DNA of 28,882 nucleotides from a virus (Duplodnaviria; Caudoviricetes). The stretch's first letter is position 1. Each line of letters begins with the position of its first letter. The DNA is taken from IMG/VR virus record IMGVR_UViG_3300027622_000042, positions 1 through 28,882 of that record; one strand, 5' to 3'. This document shows, piece by piece, positions 1 through 9,534 of this stretch. Position numbers and translations under genes: made by a program. The notes beneath the pieces are model-generated. The model saw nothing but the letters and a program-made list of their open reading frames with translations. It made no database searches and was not told the DNA's origin.

Positions 1-2
1 CG

Positions 3-398
3 ACAGGAGCTGCAAAAAATGTTGGTGTAATTATACCAGAGTTGGAAGGTAAACTTGATGGTCTTGCAATTCGTGTTCCCGTCCCAGATGTATCTTTATT
101 AGATTTGTCGATAGAGTTGGAAACAGATACGACTATGGAAGAAGTTATTGAAGTGTTTGAAAAGGAGAGAAAGTTGCATGGTATATTATGTGTTTCACAT
201 GAACCATTAGTGTCAGTTGATTATATTGGTAATTCGTGTTCTGCGATTGTTGATGTTCTCTCCTCAATGATGATTAATAAGAGATTGTTAAAGCTGATTG
301 CTTTCTATGATAATGAGTATGGTTATTGTTGTCGGGTATTGGATTTACTTCAACATTTAGCTAAGAAATTACCACAGCCTTCAACCCCTAGTAAATAA
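3..398 (+). CDS. gap: glyceraldehyde-3-phosphate dehydrogenase (type I), C-terminal part, 5'-truncated by window edge
   Basis: Frame is open from nt 3: TGAAKNVGVIIPELEGKLDGLAIRVPVPDVSLLDL...EPLVSVDY...FYDNEYGY, matching the GAPDH TGAAK, RVP and WYDNE-like motifs. Confidence 0.93.
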   Translation, partial: TGAAKNVGVIIPELEGKLDGLAIRVPVPDVSLLDLSIELETDTTMEEVIEVFEKERKLHGILCVSHEPLVSVDYIGNSCSAIVDVLSSMMINKRLLKLIAFYDNEYGYCCRVLDLLQHLAKKLPQPSTPSK

Positions 399-467
399 AG
401 GGTTTGAAGGTCGTTATATTACAACGGGTTATAAAATACTTTATAACTCGTTATAAAGTAAGGAGTT
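383..467. repeat. three imperfect palindromic 23-bp boxes (AACYC-nTT-N7-AAn-GRGTT)
   Basis: 383-405 (degenerate), 408-430 aggtcgttatattacaacgggtt, 445-467 aactcgttataaagtaaggagtt; related boxes at 9933-9980. Confidence 0.6.
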
Positions 468-480
468 AAAGAGGCGCTTT

Positions 481-513
481 TTCCGTGACATTGTTGTCCT
501 AATGATATATAAT
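481..513 (+). promoter_or_regulatory. sigma70-type (early) promoter
   Basis: TTCC-GTGACA(485-490)-17 nt-TATAAT(508-513); same architecture at three other intergenic sites. Confidence 0.7.
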
Positions 514-542
514 AGTAGTATAATTGAATAAGGATATAGATT

Positions 543-767
543 ATGAAATGGATTTTTTACGTAGTATTAACGGTTTTCTTGGAAAATGGAGAACCCTCAC
601 AGCATGAGTTTAAATTGTCTTTTGAAGATGCTAAGCATTGTACCGAGATGAAAAAGGTTTTTGATGTTGGTGTATCGTTTTTTCGTTTAGCACATAAAAG
701 TCAGATTGATTATGATGCTGAATGCAAAAAAGTTGTATCTTCTAAATCAATAAAAAGGAGTTTGTAA
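543..767 (+). CDS. hypothetical protein, hydrophobic N-terminus
   Basis: 74-aa ORF with AAGGA RBS, directly after the promoter. Confidence 0.65.
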   Translation: MKWIFYVVLTVFLENGEPSQHEFKLSFEDAKHCTEMKKVFDVGVSFFRLAHKSQIDYDAECKKVVSSKSIKRSL

Positions 768-955
768 TGAGTGTCTGGGATGATGAATGGGAAGATTATG
801 AATTGGATAAACATGATTTTGAATGTTGGTTAGATTCTATAAATGAATCTGGCGACCCCGAACGAGATGAAGAATTTTATAATAAAGCAATGGAGAAGAA
901 TCCTGAATGGGTAGTTACTACTCCAAAATATATAATGACAATATCGCACAATTGA
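767..955 (+). CDS. small acidic hypothetical protein
   Basis: 62 aa, AGGAG RBS, TAATG overlap with upstream gene. Confidence 0.65.
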   Translation: MSVWDDEWEDYELDKHDFECWLDSINESGDPERDEEFYNKAMEKNPEWVVTTPKYIMTISHN

Positions 956-961
956 GGTTTT

Positions 962-1228
962 ATGTTAAATTGGTTAAAAGATGATTGGAAAAACAATCGA
1001 CTTCGGTTGTTTTGTGAAACAACTGGTTCTTTATGTTTTATCAGCATTTATGTTTTATTAGCATGGTATGGTGACTCAGCTTCTGTATTAACAGTTTTTA
1101 TGATTCAGATTGTTGGTTCATCCTTACATATTATTAATGCCTTTATGAGGAATAGCGTTAATCTAATTGTATTAAATGTAGTAGTGATAATAATAGCAAT
1201 TATTGGAATAGGGAGGATGTTTATATAA
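962..1228 (+). CDS. small membrane protein (about 3 TM)
   Basis: 88 aa with three hydrophobic segments, GAGG RBS. Confidence 0.7.
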   Translation: MLNWLKDDWKNNRLRLFCETTGSLCFISIYVLLAWYGDSASVLTVFMIQIVGSSLHIINAFMRNSVNLIVLNVVVIIIAIIGIGRMFI

Positions 1229-2103
1229 TGACTAAACCCGTTTATGATATTATGAGATGCGCCGATGGCACAACGCGTGCTGTACCGGTAATTGATGGTG
1301 TTAAAGTTGATCCGACTTTGGCGGCTGTGGAGAAAGAAAAAGCTGAAATAGCCAAGAAAGATGAAAAACCAAAGAAAGTAATTAGTATTCAAGACCGATT
1401 ACAAGGTAAAGTAGAAGATTATATCTCAGCTGTTGAGGGACAAGCAGATGATTTTGTCGATAGTGGTTATAAGATGAAATACGATCCTTATAATCATTTG
1501 TTAGAGCTTGGTTGTAAAGCGGCACATGCTCGAAAGATGAGACCGTTTTATGTTGATTGTTATAATGAGCTGGTAGATGTATATAATAAAGATGATGAAT
1601 ATTATATGGAAGCATGGAGTCATCTTAAACCAAAGTATCATAAATTAATGATGGATTTTTATGGTACAATCGTTGATGATTTGGATCGTATAATAAAGAA
1701 TTCTACGGCTCAACGTAAACCACGAAAGAAGAAAACATTATCAGCGGCACGTTTGGTCAAGAAGTTAAAGTATCAAGAAGAATTTCCTAAACTCAAATTG
1801 GTTAGTATTAATCCAGAGAAAATTATTGGTGCAACTGAATTATGGGTGTATAATACTAAGTATAACCGTATTGGTGTTTATCGTGCGGAGAATGCAATTA
1901 GAGGGTTTAGTGTTAAAGGGTGTACTATACAACATTTTGACAAACAAGAATCTGTTGAGAAAAAGGCAAGAAAACCAAAAGATATACTTGACATTTTGAA
2001 AAGGGGTACTTTGAAAAAGAAGTTGAATAGTTTGTCAACAGCAGAGAATGAATTGACTGGAAGAATTGGTAAAGATACAATCTTGCTGGGGGTTTTTAAT
2101 TGA
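1228..2103 (+). CDS. conserved T4-like phage hypothetical protein
   Basis: 291 aa; C-terminal LVSINPEKIIGATELWVYNTK...GRI..DTILL motif recalled from T4-like phage hypotheticals. Confidence 0.75.
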   Translation: MTKPVYDIMRCADGTTRAVPVIDGVKVDPTLAAVEKEKAEIAKKDEKPKKVISIQDRLQGKVEDYISAVEGQADDFVDSGYKMKYDPYNHLLELGCKAAHARKMRPFYVDCYNELVDVYNKDDEYYMEAWSHLKPKYHKLMMDFYGTIVDDLDRIIKNSTAQRKPRKKKTLSAARLVKKLKYQEEFPKLKLVSINPEKIIGATELWVYNTKYNRIGVYRAENAIRGFSVKGCTIQHFDKQESVEKKARKPKDILDILKRGTLKKKLNSLSTAENELTGRIGKDTILLGVFN

Positions 2104-2558
2104 AAGATAAATTTATAAAAGCGCATCTTCATGTTGCTAGAGTTTATGGCTCATTATCAACAGCGGAAAGATTAAAGGTAGGTTGTATCATTGTTAAAGA
2201 TGATAGAATTATCTCTATCGGATATAATGGTATGCCAAGCGGGGCTTCTAATGTTTGTGAAGAGGATGGGAAAACTAAACCAGCCGTTATTCATGCGGAA
2301 GCTAATGCGATTACTAAATTGGCAAAATCTACAGAATCAGGACAAGATTCATATATGTTTTGTACGTATGCACCTTGTGTTAATTGTGCAAAATTAATTA
2401 TGCAGTCTGGTATTATAAAGTATTATTATGAGTTTGATTATAAAAATGACGATGGCATTAGTTTATTGAATACATATGGAAAGGTAGAAGTACATAAGTA
2501 TATGAAGATGAACCTTTCAGATTGGATTCAAAATGATTTATTGCCCTATGCTAACTGA
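2100..2558 (+). CDS. cd: dCMP deaminase
   Basis: Zn-deaminase motifs HAEANAI and APCVNCAKLI, plus IISIGYNG. Confidence 0.93.
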   Translation: MKDKFIKAHLHVARVYGSLSTAERLKVGCIIVKDDRIISIGYNGMPSGASNVCEEDGKTKPAVIHAEANAITKLAKSTESGQDSYMFCTYAPCVNCAKLIMQSGIIKYYYEFDYKNDDGISLLNTYGKVEVHKYMKMNLSDWIQNDLLPYAN

Positions 2559-2564
2559 GGTATT

Positions 2565-3434
2565 ATGATACTATTAGATTTTTCAAATATAATTGTTGGT
2601 TCAATAATGGTAGCACATAAAGTACCGGATGAAGAAAGATTTGGTGAAGATTATATTCGTCATTTGGTATTAAATAGTATTCGTTCATATCGAAATAAGT
2701 ATAAACATAAATACGGTGAAATTGTAATCTGTACTGATTTTCATTCCAGTTGGAGAAAAGACGTTTTTCCATATTATAAAGCACATAGAAAAGCACAACG
2801 CACTAAACAAAAAGCTCAGAAGGGAATGGACTGGAGTGCTTTATTTGATACTATAAGTAAAATTATTACTGAATTAGATACTTTTTTTCCATATAAAGTA
2901 ATAAAAATACCTCATGCAGAGGGTGATGATGTAATTGCTGTCTTAGCTAAACATGCGAATAATTGTTTAAATGAGAAGTCTTTAATTGTTTCTAGCGACA
3001 AAGACTTCTCTCAGCTGTATAAATATAAGAGGATAAGGCAGTTCTCGCCCATGAAACATAAAATGGTTAATGGGATAGATCCTATTGGTTATTTGAAAGA
3101 ACATATTATTCGTGGTGACAAGGGTGATGGTATTCCGAATATATTATCCGCAGACGATACTATTGTTGAGGGGACAAGACAAAAATCAATTTCAAAAAAG
3201 AAGGTAGCAAATTGGTTAGTTCAAGATCCAGAAGATTTTAAAGATGATATGAAGCATGGTTGGTCAAGGAATCAAGAGTTAATAGATTTTGAATTTATTC
3301 CACCTTCAATAGCTCAAGAAATTTTAATACAATATAATGAAAAAAAAGAATATCAGCAAGGACAATTAATGAATTATTTTATTAAGAATAGATTGAAATA
3401 TCTAATGGAAAATATGGGGGACTTTACAAAATGA
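2565..3434 (+). CDS. rnh: T4-type RNase H (5'-3' exonuclease / flap endonuclease)
   Basis: MILLDFS, WRKDVFPYYKAHR, EGDDVIA, SSDKDF, GDKGDGIPN motifs. Confidence 0.93.
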   Translation: MILLDFSNIIVGSIMVAHKVPDEERFGEDYIRHLVLNSIRSYRNKYKHKYGEIVICTDFHSSWRKDVFPYYKAHRKAQRTKQKAQKGMDWSALFDTISKIITELDTFFPYKVIKIPHAEGDDVIAVLAKHANNCLNEKSLIVSSDKDFSQLYKYKRIRQFSPMKHKMVNGIDPIGYLKEHIIRGDKGDGIPNILSADDTIVEGTRQKSISKKKVANWLVQDPEDFKDDMKHGWSRNQELIDFEFIPPSIAQEILIQYNEKKEYQQGQLMNYFIKNRLKYLMENMGDFTK

Positions 3435-3880
3435 AACAGAATGACAATTTTACAAAATATATTTCGGAGCTGTTTGAAGAATTTGACAACTTGAAATCAA
3501 GGAAAGATAAAGTAGCATTTTTAAAAGAACATAAAAATAATACTATGTTCAAGGTAATTTTACAGGGAACGTTTGATCCTAATATTAAGTGGTATATGCC
3601 CAAGGATTTATCTTATACACCTGATGCGGCACCTATAGGATTAAATCCATCAAATTTACATATGGAGTTACCGAAATGTACTGTATTTGCAAGAGGTCAT
3701 TATAAAGGTAAAGGAGTAAGTGATAAGAGATTGAAGGAAATATTACTTCAAGTATTGGAATCTATGCATCCCGCTGAATCTATGTTATATGAACAAATGT
3801 TAAAAAAGAAACTTAAAATAAAAGGTCTAACAGAGAGTCTTGTGTTAGAAGTTTTTCCAGATTTATATAGAGAGGTATAA
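3431..3880 (+). CDS. conserved T4-like phage protein (DUF6433-like)
   Basis: 149 aa, FDPNIKW..P and LLQVLESMHPAE motifs typical of the gene next to rnh in T4-like phages. Confidence 0.65.
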   Translation: MKQNDNFTKYISELFEEFDNLKSRKDKVAFLKEHKNNTMFKVILQGTFDPNIKWYMPKDLSYTPDAAPIGLNPSNLHMELPKCTVFARGHYKGKGVSDKRLKEILLQVLESMHPAESMLYEQMLKKKLKIKGLTESLVLEVFPDLYREV

Positions 3881-3883
3881 AAA

Positions 3884-4189
3884 ATGGATGAATCCAAGTT
3901 AAATACAGTTGTTAAATATAAAGCGAAAGGAAATAAAACGTTTAAAGATTACGATGCAGTAGTATTGGAAGCAGTGAAAGGACAATATATTACTGTTGAG
4001 ATTGAAGGGATGGCTCCATTAAAATTAAGATGGAATGATCCTGTGTATGAGGGAGATGTTTTTGGCAATAAGGTAAATTGTGCATATGAACATGTGAGAG
4101 ATTTTACAGCTAAGCAAGTAACGACCGGCACGGGACAGCCTTCAGAAGTTGTGCACAGAAAGAAGAGCGGTTGGCCGGGACCTAGATGA
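3884..4189 (+). CDS. hypothetical protein
   Basis: 101-aa ORF, GAGG RBS, operon-contiguous. Confidence 0.7.
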   Translation: MDESKLNTVVKYKAKGNKTFKDYDAVVLEAVKGQYITVEIEGMAPLKLRWNDPVYEGDVFGNKVNCAYEHVRDFTAKQVTTGTGQPSEVVHRKKSGWPGPR

Positions 4190-4201
4190 CAAGGAGGAGT
4201 A

Positions 4202-4651
4202 ATGTACGTTTCAAAAGAAAATCCCGTTATACAAGAAGTACGAAGTTACGAGACTAACCTATCGCGTGCTTATAAAGAAAATAAAATAGGCACTAAACGA
4301 TATTTAAAAACATTTTATCCAACTAAACATCTTGTAACAAGATGGTTTAATATATTAAACGAAGAAATATTTAATAATAAAATTTATCCTTTTCATGAAA
4401 TTGAAATTATACAAAAGAAGGGATGTCATGCAGAACATATTCCTTTTGAAGAAGAGGGTGGAAAAATGTATGGTGTTTTATCTATAGCAGATCGTTTTAT
4501 TAATAAGAATGAATTTCTTTTTACATTAGCACATGAAATGGTTCATCAATGGCAATGGATGGAATTTGGAAGAACAAGTCATGGTGAATCGTTTTGGAAA
4601 TGGAAAAATAGATTTGCTAAATTTGAAATACCGTTAGGGGAAAGTATATGA
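4202..4651 (+). CDS. SprT-like zinc metalloprotease
   Basis: LAHEMVHQWQ (HExxH) followed by HGESF; AGGAGG RBS. Confidence 0.8.
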   Translation: MYVSKENPVIQEVRSYETNLSRAYKENKIGTKRYLKTFYPTKHLVTRWFNILNEEIFNNKIYPFHEIEIIQKKGCHAEHIPFEEEGGKMYGVLSIADRFINKNEFLFTLAHEMVHQWQWMEFGRTSHGESFWKWKNRFAKFEIPLGESI

Positions 4652-4776
4652 GGAAACGATTACAAAAAAAAAAATTGAAACACGAAATTCATTATTTAAA
4701 AAATCATGGAGCGCGAAATTGGTTAAGTCGTCGGTTGCGAGCACATATGGAGAAAACTTTAAATGCCATACTATAA
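4648..4776 (+). CDS. small basic protein (42 aa), not in ORF track
   Basis: MRKRLQKKKLKHEIHYLKNHGARNWLSRRLRAHMEKTLNAIL; ATGA overlap with upstream stop and fills the gap to the next gene. Confidence 0.5.
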   Translation: MRKRLQKKKLKHEIHYLKNHGARNWLSRRLRAHMEKTLNAIL

Positions 4777-5032
4777 CTATGAATGTAGTGAATGCGGACA
4801 CGAATTCGAACAATTTAGAACAATAGAACAATATGATATGCCTTGTAAAGAAGCATGTCTTTCTTGTTTTAAAATTGGATACGTTGTAAGAACTATGAGT
4901 AGTCCACGGCTTGCTGATTCTGTTAAATTAGAAATGACAAAGGGTCTTCTAAAACCACCGAGTCATTTTAACGATCGTTTAAGAGAAGTTAAAAAGAAAT
5001 TTCCAGGTAGTACAATTGAGGTGAGAGACTAA
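4763..5032 (+). CDS. FmdB-family zinc-ribbon protein
   Basis: MPYYNYECSECGHEFE...CLSC signature. Confidence 0.85.
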   Translation: MPYYNYECSECGHEFEQFRTIEQYDMPCKEACLSCFKIGYVVRTMSSPRLADSVKLEMTKGLLKPPSHFNDRLREVKKKFPGSTIEVRD

Positions 5033-5033
5033 T

Positions 5034-5399
5034 ATGAAAAAAAATATTATAATATTTATATTATCATTTTGTTTTATGCTTGGTATTGCGAATGCGCAAT
5101 CCCAAAAGTTAAATAAAAAAGTACGACCAAAAGTCTTAGATATTGAAACCACAAAGCCATTAAATGAAGTTATGATTTATTGTAATACAAAAGACTTTGT
5201 TAATAATATGGTGCATAATGTTTATCATTTAAATATAGCAGCAAAGGGTTTAGTGAATGACGATCAACATACACAATTATTAGAAACACAATTATGGATG
5301 AACCCTGATAATAATCAGTGGGCAATTATTTTTTTATATAAAAATATTAATAGGAGCTGCGTTATCGGTGGGAATAATATAAAATTATATAGTCCATAA
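5034..5399 (+). CDS. secreted/periplasmic hypothetical protein
   Basis: Signal peptide MKKNIIIFILSFCFMLGIANA. Confidence 0.7.
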   Translation: MKKNIIIFILSFCFMLGIANAQSQKLNKKVRPKVLDIETTKPLNEVMIYCNTKDFVNNMVHNVYHLNIAAKGLVNDDQHTQLLETQLWMNPDNNQWAIIFLYKNINRSCVIGGNNIKLYSP

Positions 5400-5415
5400 A
5401 AAGGAGAGTACCAAC

Positions 5416-6483
5416 ATGCTTAAAAGAATCATTGCCTATACTATTGCAATATTCTTATTATGTTCAACATATACTTATGCATCACATACTAGTACTACAA
5501 GAGTAATCGAAATGATAATGCCAGCAATTGTTGAAGTATTATCAGAAAGACATGACGCACATTTAAATCAATCAAAGAAACCGCAAGGAGCTGGAGGTTT
5601 TAAGTTTCGTAAAAAAACACCTAGTAGGGATAAAGAACCTACAAGGGCTGGTTCAGGTTTTCTTATTAGTGCCAAAGGTTATGTAGTTACGAATGCTCAT
5701 GTTATTACTAATATTATTAATGATGAAGGTATTGTACATCTAACATTTAAAAATGGTGAAATGTATGATGCTAAAGTTATTGCTCATGATGTTGAATCGG
5801 ATATTGCATTATTGAAAATTATAGATGCTGAAGATGTCAAGTTTCCTTTTGTTGTTTGGGGAGTGACACCTGAAGTTGGAGATAAAGCTATAGCTATAGG
5901 TTCGCCAATGAATTTATCTTTTACGGCAACGTTTGGACATGTTTCTGCATTATTAAGAGCTGTTCCTAATGTACCATCATATGTTCCATTTATTCAAACA
6001 GACGCTTCTGTAAATCCGGGTAACAGCGGAGGTCCTTTATTTAACGAACATGGTAAAGTAATTGGTATTAATACTATGGTTATGACAGATAAGGGGAGTA
6101 GAGGCAGTATTGGATTAGGATTTGCAATTGATGGAAATTATGCACAAGATATTCTTGCGCGATTAAAAGTAGGTGAAACTATAGAAAGACCTTTTGTTGG
6201 TATTTTATATCGTGCTCTTACACCAAAAGATATGGACTTTAATAAAAAGACCATAGGTGCGGGTGCATATATTCAGGAAATTGTTAAAGGTGGTCCCGCT
6301 TATAATATATTAAAAAAAGGTGATATTATTTTAAGAGTTGATGGAGATGATGTTTTTTCAAAATCATTCGCGTCTGTTATTGTGAGAAAAAAACCAAATA
6401 CTAATGTTGTTTTTAATATATTACGTAATGGGCATATGCTTGAATTAACTGTTAGATTAGGTAATAGAAAAGACGATAAATGA
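5416..6483 (+). CDS. htrA: HtrA/DegP-family serine protease with one PDZ domain
   Basis: Triad motifs TNAHV, DIALLK, NPGNSGGPL; C-terminal PDZ (GGPA..ILKKGDIILRVDG); N-terminal signal/anchor. Confidence 0.93.
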   Translation: MLKRIIAYTIAIFLLCSTYTYASHTSTTRVIEMIMPAIVEVLSERHDAHLNQSKKPQGAGGFKFRKKTPSRDKEPTRAGSGFLISAKGYVVTNAHVITNIINDEGIVHLTFKNGEMYDAKVIAHDVESDIALLKIIDAEDVKFPFVVWGVTPEVGDKAIAIGSPMNLSFTATFGHVSALLRAVPNVPSYVPFIQTDASVNPGNSGGPLFNEHGKVIGINTMVMTDKGSRGSIGLGFAIDGNYAQDILARLKVGETIERPFVGILYRALTPKDMDFNKKTIGAGAYIQEIVKGGPAYNILKKGDIILRVDGDDVFSKSFASVIVRKKPNTNVVFNILRNGHMLELTVRLGNRKDDK

Positions 6484-7181
6484 AGAAGTTTAATCATGTG
6501 AAAGATATTGATGATGTCCAAGTTCCTCATAGACAGGTAATGAATGGAAGGAGGGTATATGTAACACCGAATGGACATACATATCCCTCTATTACATCTA
6601 TTATTGGTAGCCAACCTAAACCAAGTCTTGTTGAATGGAGAAATAGAGTTGGTGACGAAGAAGCTGATAGAGTAGTAAAAGAGGCTTCAGCTATAGGAAC
6701 TGCTGTTCATCTTTTATGTGAAAGATATTTATATAATTATGAATTAAGATCAAAAGAAGTGGATGACCGTCTTGGTATTAATGATCAAGCAATGAGTGTC
6801 TTTAATCGTGTGAGGTTTTTACTTGGTAATATTGATAATATAGTTGGTTTAGAATTACCAGTATATAGTGATAAATTAAAAGTAGCAGGAACAACTGATT
6901 GTGTTGCAGAGTATAATGGTGTTCTTTCAGTTATTGATTTTAAAACATCAAGGAAAGCAAAAAAAGAAGAATGGATTGAAGATTATTGGATTCAAGGATT
7001 TTTTTATGCAGCAGCATTTTTTGAAATGACTGGTGCAATACCAGAACAAGTTGTAATATTAATAGCCGTAAGAGAGTCTTTCGAAGTTCAGGTATTTAAA
7101 AAATCTATTAATGAGTTAGATAATTATATTGAGAAATTACTTAATATAATGAAAAAAGATCCACAAGTAATAAAATTATAG
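6480..7181 (+). CDS. PD-(D/E)XK exonuclease (T4-like phage exonuclease)
   Basis: YPSITS, GTAVH..CE, AGTTDCV, IDFKTS, Q...Y motifs. Confidence 0.85.
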   Translation: MKKFNHVKDIDDVQVPHRQVMNGRRVYVTPNGHTYPSITSIIGSQPKPSLVEWRNRVGDEEADRVVKEASAIGTAVHLLCERYLYNYELRSKEVDDRLGINDQAMSVFNRVRFLLGNIDNIVGLELPVYSDKLKVAGTTDCVAEYNGVLSVIDFKTSRKAKKEEWIEDYWIQGFFYAAAFFEMTGAIPEQVVILIAVRESFEVQVFKKSINELDNYIEKLLNIMKKDPQVIKL

Positions 7182-7191
7182 GAGAAGCAAA

Positions 7192-7572
7192 ATGGCAGAC
7201 GAATTTAATTTCGATGATTACGATGATAATATGGATTTTGGTTTTAATACTGTTGATGAAGCCGAAGTAACTGAATTTGAAACTGAAATTAAAAGTAGAG
7301 TAGCAGATGCTGGTGGTGTAGCATCGGGTGAACTTGAATCAAAGATTGATAAATTAATTGCTATACGTGAGGGTGATGAAACACAATTGGATGTTATTAA
7401 AAAAGAACATAAAAATGATTTGTTAAAAGTTGAAAAGATGATTATGCCTTTGTTATATAATTTGATGAAAAATCCTGAGGACGTTTATATTAAATGGCCA
7501 AACAGGAAAGAGATTATACAGAAGCAAATTAATAAAATCGTAGCTGTTACGAGAAAATCATTACCTATTTAA
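7192..7572 (+). CDS. conserved phage hypothetical protein
   Basis: 126 aa, acidic N-terminus with DFGF and C-terminal PLLYNL.KNPE..YIKWPNR motif; AGGAG RBS. Confidence 0.7.
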   Translation: MADEFNFDDYDDNMDFGFNTVDEAEVTEFETEIKSRVADAGGVASGELESKIDKLIAIREGDETQLDVIKKEHKNDLLKVEKMIMPLLYNLMKNPEDVYIKWPNRKEIIQKQINKIVAVTRKSLPI

Positions 7573-7585
7573 AAGGAGTCAAATT

Positions 7586-7813
7586 ATGGCATGGGCATTT
7601 GTAGCAGGATCAAATGATATTTGGAAATATGATAATGCTGCTGTAGCAGCTGATACATATTCAGATGCAAATGGAACAATTGCTAGTGGTATAAGAACTT
7701 TTACCTTTGCTGGTGGAAATGAACAAAAAACTTATATAAAAAGTAGAACGGAAGCCGATCTAGTAGAACGAGGTGAATTGTCTAAAGATTTTTATGATGC
7801 ACAAGTGGGTTAA
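7586..7813 (+). CDS. hypothetical protein
   Basis: 75 aa, AAGGAG RBS. Confidence 0.7.
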   Translation: MAWAFVAGSNDIWKYDNAAVAADTYSDANGTIASGIRTFTFAGGNEQKTYIKSRTEADLVERGELSKDFYDAQVG

Positions 7814-7838
7814 TTTTATAATTTAAAGGAGGTTTATT

Positions 7839-8036
7839 ATGTCTGTTATTTTAGTAGTGGTAGGACTTGTATTTGGTGCTTATTTGTATCAACCAATGTG
7901 GTTTGATGATACACCTTATCATCATGTAAGTTCACATGATTCATTAGCGGATTGCCAAACGGCGAAAGCTGGACAAGAAGTTCATATGCGTGAAGCTGTT
8001 TGTGCAGAAACTGAATTGTATGTTAAAAATGATTAA
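7839..8036 (+). CDS. small membrane-anchored protein
   Basis: N-terminal TM, two Cys, AGGAGG RBS. Confidence 0.7.
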   Translation: MSVILVVVGLVFGAYLYQPMWFDDTPYHHVSSHDSLADCQTAKAGQEVHMREAVCAETELYVKND

Positions 8037-8047
8037 CGGAGATTGAT

Positions 8048-9520
8048 ATGATTTATAAAAATTATATTAATAGAGAATGGATTAATAGTGCTACGAAAAA
8101 AACATTTGATAATATTAATCCAGCAAATTTTACTCATACTATTGGACAATTTCAAGATTCTGATATGGCCGATGTTCGTGTTGCAGTTGCATGTGCTAAG
8201 GAAGCATTCAAAACTTGGAAAGAGGTTCCCGCACCTAAAAGAGCAGATTATCTTTTTAAAGCAGCCGAATTGCTTATAAGAGATAAAGAATGTATTGCTA
8301 AGGGAATGACACAAGAGATGGGAAAAGTTCTTGCTGAGACTCGTGGTGATGTTCAAGAAGCAATAGATATTGCTTATTACGCTGCTGGTGCTGGCAGACG
8401 ATTAACAGGTGAAACTGTTCCTTCTGAATTAGCAAATAAATGGAGCATGAGTGCTAGATTACCTTATGGTGTAATTGGTATGATTACTCCGTGGAATTTT
8501 CCAATTGCAATTCCATCATGGAAAGCATTTCCAGCAATTGTTGCAGGGAATACAGTAGTTTTAAAACCAGCTGAAGATACACCTTGGTCTGTTATTAAAC
8601 TTGCTGAAATATTCCATGAAGCTGGATTACCAGAGGGTGTATTTAATGTTATAACAGGTTATGGACCCAGTGCTGGTTTACCTTTAGTACAACATCCAGA
8701 TGTAAAGGTTGTTTCATTTACAGGTTCTTCTGCTACAGGTAGTATAATTGCTGATGAATGTTCTAAACGTGGAAAGAAATATTCACTTGAACTTGGCGGT
8801 AAGAATTCTATTACTGTTACCGAAAATGCAGACCTTGATCTTGCGGTTCAGGGAGTTGTATTTGGTGCCTTTGGTACAACCGGACAAAGATGTACGGCTT
8901 GTAGTAGAGTAATTGTTCATTCTAGTGTTTTACAAAAATTTACAGATAAGTTACATGGTAGAACAGATGGATTGAAAATTGGTGATGGATTAGATTCGAA
9001 AACTGATGTTGGACCTTTGATTAACGAAAAGGCAATGAATAAAGTTGAACGTTATGTTGCGAGAGCACTTGAACGTGACGATTATTTATTAACGGGAGGT
9101 TATCCAAGTAACGGCAAACAGGATGGTTGGTTTTATATGCCTACTATCTTTACTGAAATTGATTCAGATAATGAATTAGCACAAGAAGAAATATTTGGAC
9201 CTGTTGTTTCAATTATTAGTTATGAAACCTTTGATGAAATGATGGATATTGTAAATGGTACACGATATGGATTAAGTGCAGCCATTTATACTCAAGATAT
9301 AAATGAAGGTTTTAGATTTATGAAAGATGTTGAAACCGGTTTAGCATATGTTAATACGAGTTGTATTGGTGCAGAGGTTGGAAGCAATTTTGGTGGTATT
9401 AAAGATACAAGTCCTATTAGCAGTAGAGAAGCAGGTAGTCAAATGTTTGACGCAGTTACATATGTAAAAACTATGAATATCGATTTTAGTGGACAATTGC
9501 AAAAAGCTCAAATCGAATAA
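8048..9520 (+). CDS. NAD(P)-dependent aldehyde dehydrogenase
   Basis: Full-length 490 aa: PWNFP, KPAE, FTGS, LELGGKN (catalytic Glu), GQRCTA (catalytic Cys), EEIFGP. Confidence 0.95.
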   Translation: MIYKNYINREWINSATKKTFDNINPANFTHTIGQFQDSDMADVRVAVACAKEAFKTWKEVPAPKRADYLFKAAELLIRDKECIAKGMTQEMGKVLAETRGDVQEAIDIAYYAAGAGRRLTGETVPSELANKWSMSARLPYGVIGMITPWNFPIAIPSWKAFPAIVAGNTVVLKPAEDTPWSVIKLAEIFHEAGLPEGVFNVITGYGPSAGLPLVQHPDVKVVSFTGSSATGSIIADECSKRGKKYSLELGGKNSITVTENADLDLAVQGVVFGAFGTTGQRCTACSRVIVHSSVLQKFTDKLHGRTDGLKIGDGLDSKTDVGPLINEKAMNKVERYVARALERDDYLLTGGYPSNGKQDGWFYMPTIFTEIDSDNELAQEEIFGPVVSIISYETFDEMMDIVNGTRYGLSAAIYTQDINEGFRFMKDVETGLAYVNTSCIGAEVGSNFGGIKDTSPISSREAGSQMFDAVTYVKTMNIDFSGQLQKAQIE

Positions 9521-9534
9521 CTTGGAGATTTATA

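Noticed and set aside
383-467. Mini CRISPR array
   Set aside because: Units are degenerate palindromes separated by 2-14 nt, not identical repeats with 30-40 nt spacers
6480-7181. Cas4 / CRISPR system
   Set aside because: PD-(D/E)XK nuclease lacks the Cas4 Fe-S cysteine cluster; no repeat-spacer array or other cas genes seen
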